Shown one piece after another: positions 57,633 through 64,000 of a stretch of 64,000 bases of DNA. The stretch is from a virus (taxonomy: Duplodnaviria > Caudoviricetes), in IMG/VR virus record IMGVR_UViG_3300022719_000071, positions 1 through 64,000 of that record; one strand, given 5' to 3'. The notes beneath the pieces were generated by a model. That model was not told the origin of the DNA, ran no database searches, and saw only the letters and a program-made list of their open reading frames with translations. A program made the translations under genes and the position numbers. Numbering within the stretch: the first letter of the stretch is position 1; each line of letters opens with the position of its first letter.

Positions 57633-58049
57633 TCAAGTATTGAAGCGCTCACCTGTGATGATGTTCACTACTTCCTTTCCGGGTCCAAAGGCTGCAAGTC
57701 GCTCGAAGGCTTCCTCGGCACGCTGATCGGAGGTCATGTTGGCACGACCCTGCTTGTAGGCAGCAATGGTAGCAGCCATCTGAGCATCACGAGCCTCATT
57801 CATCTCTGCACGGAAGGGCCAGTTCTCTTCAAAGAGACCGGTGGCGACCTCCATGATGTCAGCGGGCACGACGGCATCGTTGGACTGCCAGCGCAGAATC
57901 TTGTTGTGTTCGTCCTCTCGGGTGTAAGCGACACCCTCGTTCAGCGACTCGCTTTCGTGCCACTTGGTGCCGATGAGCCACAAGGTGACGTTCTCGCCGT
58001 TGTGCTGACCCCGACCGATGCAGGAGTATTCTGCGTAGTGGTATCCCAT
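57633..58049 (-). CDS. Hypothetical protein
   Basis: ATG after AAGGAG. Confidence 0.6.
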   Translation of the reverse strand: MGYHYAEYSCIGRGQHNGENVTLWLIGTKWHESESLNEGVAYTREDEHNKILRWQSNDAVVPADIMEVATGLFEENWPFRAEMNEARDAQMAATIAAYKQGRANMTSDQRAEEAFERLAAFGPGKEVVNIITGERFNT

Positions 58050-58534
58050 GATAGTTCTCCTTACTGGCGGGTGTAGTGGTTGTTCGGGATGCTGGTGATG
58101 TCCTTGGCGGCACTGAAGTTACCACGCTCAAGTTCCAATAGAGCCGCCTGACGAAGAAGTTCACGAGGATTGTTGTTGGTGTTTGTGGTCTCGACGCTGT
58201 ACTTGCCCTTGATGATAATGTCTTCGATCTGCATAGCGTTCGTGATTGGTCTCCGAAGTTTATGAAAGAAGTATACAGGAGACAGGATTATTCGTCAATA
58301 ACTATTTGGGAATAGTGTGGGATCGGTCACCAGTAAATAATAGTATGAAAGGTGAATTTGTGATTCTTAGAAATGGGGAATTAGAGACGTATTCGGAATA
58401 CGACGACATTCCTCACGATTTTGAGCATGTAATCAAATTTGCTCCGGAGTATCCGTCTGAACCTCACACGGAGGAAGAACATGCACAGATGGCTACCTTC
58501 AATGATAAGCTACAACAACTGATGGAGATTGAGC

Positions 58535-58825
58535 GTGCCAGCAGCAACTAGAATTGGTGACGATGACGTTCCGCACTGCTCGCCTATGGTTAGGGCAGAA
58601 GGATCACCCGATGTGTTTGTCAATGGAATTCCGTGGAGCCGTGAAAGCGATGTCAACACTCCACATTTGCTCCCACCAGTCCCATGTCCTACCCACACCG
58701 CTCCAATTGCTATTGGCAGCACGACAGTATTTGTGAACAATCTGGGTGCTGGTCGTGTGGGTGATGCTATCACTGCATGCACATCGGTAGCTGAAGGTTC
58801 ACCAGACGTATTCGCTGGACCTTAA
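58535..58825 (+). CDS. PAAR-like baseplate spike tip (T4 gp5.4-like)
   Basis: PAATRIGD, GSPDVFVNG, H..H..GSTTVFVN, RVGD..C..EGSPDVF. Confidence 0.9.
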   Translation: MPAATRIGDDDVPHCSPMVRAEGSPDVFVNGIPWSRESDVNTPHLLPPVPCPTHTAPIAIGSTTVFVNNLGAGRVGDAITACTSVAEGSPDVFAGP

Positions 58826-60576
58826 CCAATCTTTTTCATCGACCATGAATACGTTGGATAGACTACGAGATCCGAATCAAACCCCTCGATTCTATATTCA
58901 CCGGTCTTGGCTAAGTTGTAGATGAGTTCTTGAGGATTCAAATTGTTGTCGTTGGAGAATTCTTCCACTGTGCTTTCGTCCTCGTAGTCCATCTCCTTGC
59001 CCATGTCGATAATCACGCCCTTGATTTCAATACTCCAATCTAATGGGTCACCGGGATCTCCCGTTGCTGACACTCGAATGATTGCGTTGTCATCAAATGG
59101 AACAATGATGATACCCATTGCTAAGAGGTCTTCTTCTCCCATGCCATCACCAGCCGTGATGGTGGTCTCACTCTTCAAGTGCTTGAGTAATTCTTCAACC
59201 TGCGGCCAATACTTCTTCACAGGGGGCTCGTTTTCTTTACCCTTGATTTGTTCGATTGCAATACCCTGTGCATCCTTCATCTCAAACGGACGAAGTTCCA
59301 CAGTAACATGTGGATTGTTTTTAGAGTCACGAAGTGACAGAATGATTGCTTCATCGCTTTCTACATCATCGATGTAATCTGCAACACAGTGACCCATCAA
59401 GTTACCTTCACGGTCAAGGCATGATGGTCCCGTTAGCTTCCACCATTGACCATTCTGTCCGAGGTCCAGGTACAGTTCTTTGTCTCCCTCTTCCTCAATG
59501 TCTGCTTCTTTTCTACGTTTGAGTTCTTCGTGATATTTCTCGGTACCTTGAAGAGCTTGAGCCCAAGACATTCTGTTGAGTCGATGTGGCTCAAGCAATT
59601 GCGGATTAGTACGTGACAAATTTCTGAACCAGTCTGCAATCATCCGTGTTTGATAATCCAGTCCTCCCCTTCCAAAAATGGCTTTGCTGTCCAGGAAGTA
59701 TATCTCTTCGCCCCGTTGGAGAGCATTTGCAGCCCAGACTGGCAATGACAGAGTTTGCTCTTGAGTGCGTCCACTCAGGATACCGAATGTTTCAGGGTCG
59801 TTTGGATATTGAATGACAGCAGCACCCTGAACAATCTTCTGTTTGTCTGCGTCAGGAGGGATGATATCCATCAACTCGTACTGTATGATTTTCTTAGCAG
59901 GGAAATTGTTGATGACATACTTTCGCATGGATCTCTTTGCCCATTCAGCGACATGCACACCGAACTGAGCAAAAGAGTCAGAGAAACGATCAGCAGCATC
60001 TATCGCCATTTCAGGATTCAGCAGGTTGCGCTCGAATAGGATATCTTCGTTAGTACGTTCTTTACGACGACGCTCGGTACTTTCGTTGAATTTGTGTTCC
60101 CAAGGCTGCTCGTATTCTCGGTCGATATACAGCGGGAAGGTAGGAAGAAGGAGGCTCTCCAGGTTATTCAGTTCTTTGGGATCGACACTAACAGTAATGT
60201 GTGGCTGATAGTGGTCATGGTCATAATGGATACCATGTTCTTTACGTGCCTTGTTATGACGTTCTTCTAGCTCAGGGCAGGAAAACGTCAGAACGACGCA
60301 CTCATTCTCACCCCCGAAGCGTTGAAGCTTATACGTAGAAGCATCGACTTCTAGGGGTGGATCAAATACAGCGGGAGTCCAATCGAAATTCCTAGTCTTA
60401 TCGCCAATGACGGTGATGTGGAGACGAGCACGTGGGACACGCTTACGCAAGCCCGTCTCACGCATCCAGTGCATGAGATTGCGTTCAGATTCTCGGGTAA
60501 GGCGGGCTCCAACAAACTTTCCGGGTTCGCTGGTGTCATCCTCCCGAATGATGTCCAGGAACTCCAGGAGTTTCAT
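58822..60576 (-). CDS. 2H phosphoesterase (Acb1/gp57B-like) fused to PcfJ-like domain
   Basis: LHITV and PHITV (two HxT motifs) in the first 160 aa; C-term EGNLMGHCVADY..ILSLRD..PHVTVE..IEQIKGKEN. Confidence 0.75.
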   Translation of the reverse strand: MKLLEFLDIIREDDTSEPGKFVGARLTRESERNLMHWMRETGLRKRVPRARLHITVIGDKTRNFDWTPAVFDPPLEVDASTYKLQRFGGENECVVLTFSCPELEERHNKARKEHGIHYDHDHYQPHITVSVDPKELNNLESLLLPTFPLYIDREYEQPWEHKFNESTERRRKERTNEDILFERNLLNPEMAIDAADRFSDSFAQFGVHVAEWAKRSMRKYVINNFPAKKIIQYELMDIIPPDADKQKIVQGAAVIQYPNDPETFGILSGRTQEQTLSLPVWAANALQRGEEIYFLDSKAIFGRGGLDYQTRMIADWFRNLSRTNPQLLEPHRLNRMSWAQALQGTEKYHEELKRRKEADIEEEGDKELYLDLGQNGQWWKLTGPSCLDREGNLMGHCVADYIDDVESDEAIILSLRDSKNNPHVTVELRPFEMKDAQGIAIEQIKGKENEPPVKKYWPQVEELLKHLKSETTITAGDGMGEEDLLAMGIIIVPFDDNAIIRVSATGDPGDPLDWSIEIKGVIIDMGKEMDYEDESTVEEFSNDNNLNPQELIYNLAKTGEYRIEGFDSDLVVYPTYSWSMKKIG

Positions 60577-60602
60577 TTTATCACTTACCTGTTGCGATGT
60601 CT

Positions 60603-61898
60603 TTAGCGAGCTTTCATTGTACCAGACATATGCTTGTTAAACCGCTTCTTATCGGATTTGTCCACGTACTGATTCAGTTTCATCTCGAAGTGTAACTTAC
60701 GACCCAGCAGACTTTCAAGACTTTGTACAGTCTCGTGCATCTTTTTCATGGATTTATGCTCGTTTTCACCCCCTTTGAAGTCTTTAACGGTAGTCGGGTT
60801 CGGGTCCATGTGCCCACCCTGCGAGGCACGTTTCTCTCCCTTCTTGGGCGTGCCTGGATTGCCCTTGTTAACGGGCTCATCATTTTGGTTCGTACGTGTC
60901 TTGGCGGTACGAGCCGGGTCATTCTTTGCAGTGCTGTATGCACCTTTGTCCATTTCGCCATCAGCGGTTTTGTGTGCGCTCTCACCCACTCTGTTGCGTA
61001 GATCCATGGTAGTTCTGCCAACGTTACCGCCGCCAAATTGTGACTTTATTCCAGCACCTACATTACTACGCACATTCGTGCTTCCTTGTGGACCCATAGT
61101 CTGGCGTCCCATCTGTGCCTGCTGACGATCCTTGTGGAAAGGATATGGATCTTGGTCTGGAGCCTCACCCATCTTTGTAGATGACTTCCAGTTGCGATTG
61201 CGTGCGACACGAGCGCCGTCACCAAAAGCCATGTTGTACTCGCTAACCATAGCTTCGGCTTCATCCTTATCATCAAACGAATCGATAACCTCTCCTTTCC
61301 AAACAATCAGGAACTTACCATCGTCTGGCTCACCAAGAGCTTCAGCCATTTTACCCCTATTTTCACCAATAGCAGTGTTCCTTGGATCGTATCCAGCACC
61401 ACTCTCTGCGTAATCTAAAAGCATATCAAACACCGTGCTGACATCCTGATGGCGTGCCATGGTGCGAACTACAAACTGATGAGACTCGGGACCATACTCA
61501 ATGGTATAAATCTTATCTGGATTGCCTGGGTGATGGAACTGAAGTAGTCCATTGCTAATGTTGATACCAAGAGCCTTCATAGCAGGATGTCTACCAACAC
61601 TCTGCTCGGTTACCTTCTTAGGCTTAGTCTTGGTGCCCTCCATGTCACGTCCTTTCTCCTTATGGGCGGAACCGACATTGGCGGTAGGCTTCTTGTCCTT
61701 GCGATCTCCTAAACCAGCGGCAGGATTTGATACTGGCTTGGTTCCAGGCTTGCCCTTGACGTGATTATCAGGAGTGTCAAAATTATCATACTTCGGTACG
61801 CCCATTTCGTCCTGAGCAGTTTTCTTCTTTTCTTCAAGAACTCTCTTTATTAGCTGTGTTGCTAGTGACATTGTTCCAACAGCCTCCCATTTAGGCAT
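60603..61898 (-). CDS. Low-complexity charged hypothetical protein
   Basis: 431-aa ORF, Lys/Gly/Asp-rich. Confidence 0.6.
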   Translation of the reverse strand: MPKWEAVGTMSLATQLIKRVLEEKKKTAQDEMGVPKYDNFDTPDNHVKGKPGTKPVSNPAAGLGDRKDKKPTANVGSAHKEKGRDMEGTKTKPKKVTEQSVGRHPAMKALGINISNGLLQFHHPGNPDKIYTIEYGPESHQFVVRTMARHQDVSTVFDMLLDYAESGAGYDPRNTAIGENRGKMAEALGEPDDGKFLIVWKGEVIDSFDDKDEAEAMVSEYNMAFGDGARVARNRNWKSSTKMGEAPDQDPYPFHKDRQQAQMGRQTMGPQGSTNVRSNVGAGIKSQFGGGNVGRTTMDLRNRVGESAHKTADGEMDKGAYSTAKNDPARTAKTRTNQNDEPVNKGNPGTPKKGEKRASQGGHMDPNPTTVKDFKGGENEHKSMKKMHETVQSLESLLGRKLHFEMKLNQYVDKSDKKRFNKHMSGTMKAR

Positions 61899-61952
61899 TC
61901 GGTATAATCATATTTACCGAGAATGCCTATATGGGCGAACCGTTGTGTTATA

Positions 61953-62612
61953 TCAATTCTCGAAGTGCCACTGAACCGAATGTGCGAGGTCTGTAGCGCT
62001 TTGAATAAGCCTCTTCTGTGCTTCTTCCAAGTCACTCTGGTACTCCTCCTTGGTCTTTTTTGGAGTGATCCAGGACTTGGGGTCATCGAACGCATCGAGA
62101 TATCTTTTCGCTTTCTCTATCTGCTTCTCGTAGTGCGATACATTTTGAGCTTGGATGACCAAACTATTCTGCCGGTTTGCACGGTCATGAATCTCACCAG
62201 TCTCTTCCGATGAAAGGCGACGAACGCTGTTAAACAGTGAAAGAATGGTTCGAGCTTCATCCTTACCAAAGAGATCGTACAGGAACATCTCAGAGAAAAA
62301 CGGGCACTCATGAGGATACTTGTATCCGATGCGCTCTTCCTCATGCTTCTGCTTATCTTCCTCGACGTAGCTATAATACTGACGATACTCGCTTACAGAC
62401 TCGTACTCGGCACCAGCATTCACGGCGATCATGACGTAGGTTTCTTCTTGAATGGGCAAAACCCATTCCTCACTATGTCTGATTGCTCGATTGATGTCAA
62501 CCAGCAAACCCTCGATGAACGCATTACGCTCCAGCGCTCGGGCGAGCGCAAGACGAAGAGCAGCATCGCTTATCTGGTTCAGATCTAAATCATTCTGGTT
62601 GATTGCTACCAC
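61953..62612 (-). CDS. Hypothetical protein
   Basis: 219-aa ORF; CPFFSEMFLYDLFG...ILSLFN. Confidence 0.6.
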   Translation of the reverse strand: MVAINQNDLDLNQISDAALRLALARALERNAFIEGLLVDINRAIRHSEEWVLPIQEETYVMIAVNAGAEYESVSEYRQYYSYVEEDKQKHEEERIGYKYPHECPFFSEMFLYDLFGKDEARTILSLFNSVRRLSSEETGEIHDRANRQNSLVIQAQNVSHYEKQIEKAKRYLDAFDDPKSWITPKKTKEEYQSDLEEAQKRLIQSATDLAHSVQWHFEN

Positions 62613-63302
62613 TAATATCCCTCGACGGTGAGTACATTTTCATACAAGTCAATAAACTAACACAGTACACTCGATACCACAAGGAAGGCTTGGTCTCAAT
62701 ATGCCATATTGCTCCGTGTCGGGTCGCAGTGACATCACCAAACAGATACGGTCCTGTCTTGAATTCAAATCTTGGATTAGACATAACCGTACTTACTTCT
62801 TGACGACGTATGCCTCGTTGAACTCGGTCACCAGTTCCTCACCACCGATTCTGATCTGGTCATCATCGGTGATGAGGAAGGAAGCATGGAGATCGACCAC
62901 GTGTTGTTTCCCCTTGTTATAGAGGAGAATCAGGACGCATTTGTTTCCCTTGCGGTCCCGTGCGCTCATGGTTACTTCGAAATCATCCCACCCCTTAAAG
63001 GTGTCGGGATGCAGCGAGCGTAGCTCATCGAGTACTGATGCGGGTTCCATTAATCTGACTCGACCGGAGGAACATAGATCATGGCTTTCTTCATGGCCTT
63101 GACGGCGGCGACCATGACGATACCGATGATGAACACTCCAGCCAGCACCAGGATCCCCAGGATATGAACTGGAGCCATCGTGGCGTTGAGAACCAGATAC
63201 ACCACGATGGCAGCGATGCTACCCAGGAGAACGTCAGCGGACGCAGCCGCAATGGCCAACTTGGGATTGGCACGAATCATTCGAATCAAGGTCTTCATGT
63301 GT

Positions 63303-63599
63303 TTAGTCCTCTGCTTTCATTGGACCGAGGCACTTCTTGCAAAGCTTCTCGGTAGTGATGGATGAAATGTCAACAATCTCGTACGATTCCTCTCTCTTTC
63401 CGTTGATGCGAAAACCATGCTCGTCAGGTTGGAACCTGTCCTCGCCCCAGACAATCGCATTGCACACCGTAAAACCTTCACCGTTCGGATCAATACCATG
63501 CTTCAAAAGATGGTACTTGCCGGTCTTGGGCATCTTCCGCTTACCCGGCTTGCCCTTCTTGAAGCCGATAGCACGAGTTGGGACGGTGAGCTTAGCCAC
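63303..63599 (-). CDS. Hypothetical protein (H...C...CxxC Zn-binding)
   Basis: YHLL..TVCN..LCKKC. Confidence 0.55.
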   Translation of the reverse strand: MAKLTVPTRAIGFKKGKPGKRKMPKTGKYHLLKHGIDPNGEGFTVCNAIVWGEDRFQPDEHGFRINGKREESYEIVDISSITTEKLCKKCLGPMKAED

Positions 63600-64000
63600 G
63601 GGTTTACTTCACCTGCACGATGGTAATCATGAACACGGAACCATCTCCCATGCGAACCACCAAACCTCTGTCCCTCGTCAAGACTCCAGCGTCATCGTAG
63701 GTCACGACCGACTCGATGCTTTTGCCTCTACCGAACAGGCAGTCGTAGTCGTCTCCCTGAAGCACGGACTGAAGGTCTTCCTGAAAATCGTAATCGTTCA
63801 TGCTGCTTCTCCATCGGCCAGTAGGTTGATATTCTCCTGTATCCAATCCGTTATGATTTTTATGCTGCGTTCTTTAATTGCTTGGTCCCGTTGCACTCGG
63901 GGTATCCAGTGCATCCCAGGAAGTCTCCATTCTTACCCTTGCGAATTGCCATCACCTTACCACACTTCGGGCAGGAATTCAACATGACGTGGCGGAAGTA

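Overview
This window is a 64 kb segment of a large (jumbo-type) tailed dsDNA phage genome. It has dense hypothetical genes, sigma70-like TTGAC(A/T/G)-16/17-TAnnnT promoters, Gly/Thr-rich virion and tail-fibre genes, LamG-domain proteins, a gp5.4-like PAAR spike (contractile tail) and spanin-like lysis genes. The spanins imply a Gram-negative host. A 17-kDa-antigen-like lipoprotein, PhaJ/MaoC and host-type CCA enzyme and HNH genes suggest an alphaproteobacterial host (inference). The main system is a stand-alone type V CRISPR locus at 15355-17960. It has a 701-aa Cas12m (V-U1)-like effector whose RuvC-I and RuvC-II acidic residues are replaced and whose Zn-finger/RuvC-III C-terminus is missing. 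This gene is followed after 33 bp by a 7-repeat/6-spacer array, with no cas1/2/4, and is preceded by a co-oriented YeeB-like SF2 helicase cassette. The window also holds an unusually rich RNA layer: 17 cloverleaf tRNAs (including an amber suppressor and a long-variable-arm CAU tRNA), two tRNA-like genes with the same rearranged fold, an RNase P RNA, a ~630-nt highly structured RNA closed by a tRNA-like acceptor stem/T-arm/CCA, a second ~200-nt promoter-driven structured RNA, and CCA-adding enzyme, RNA ligase and Pth2-like genes. Counter-defence and metabolic candidates are an Acb1-like 2H phosphoesterase fusion, a SLOG-NADAR fusion and NadA. All family assignments come from motif recognition by eye; no database search was run.
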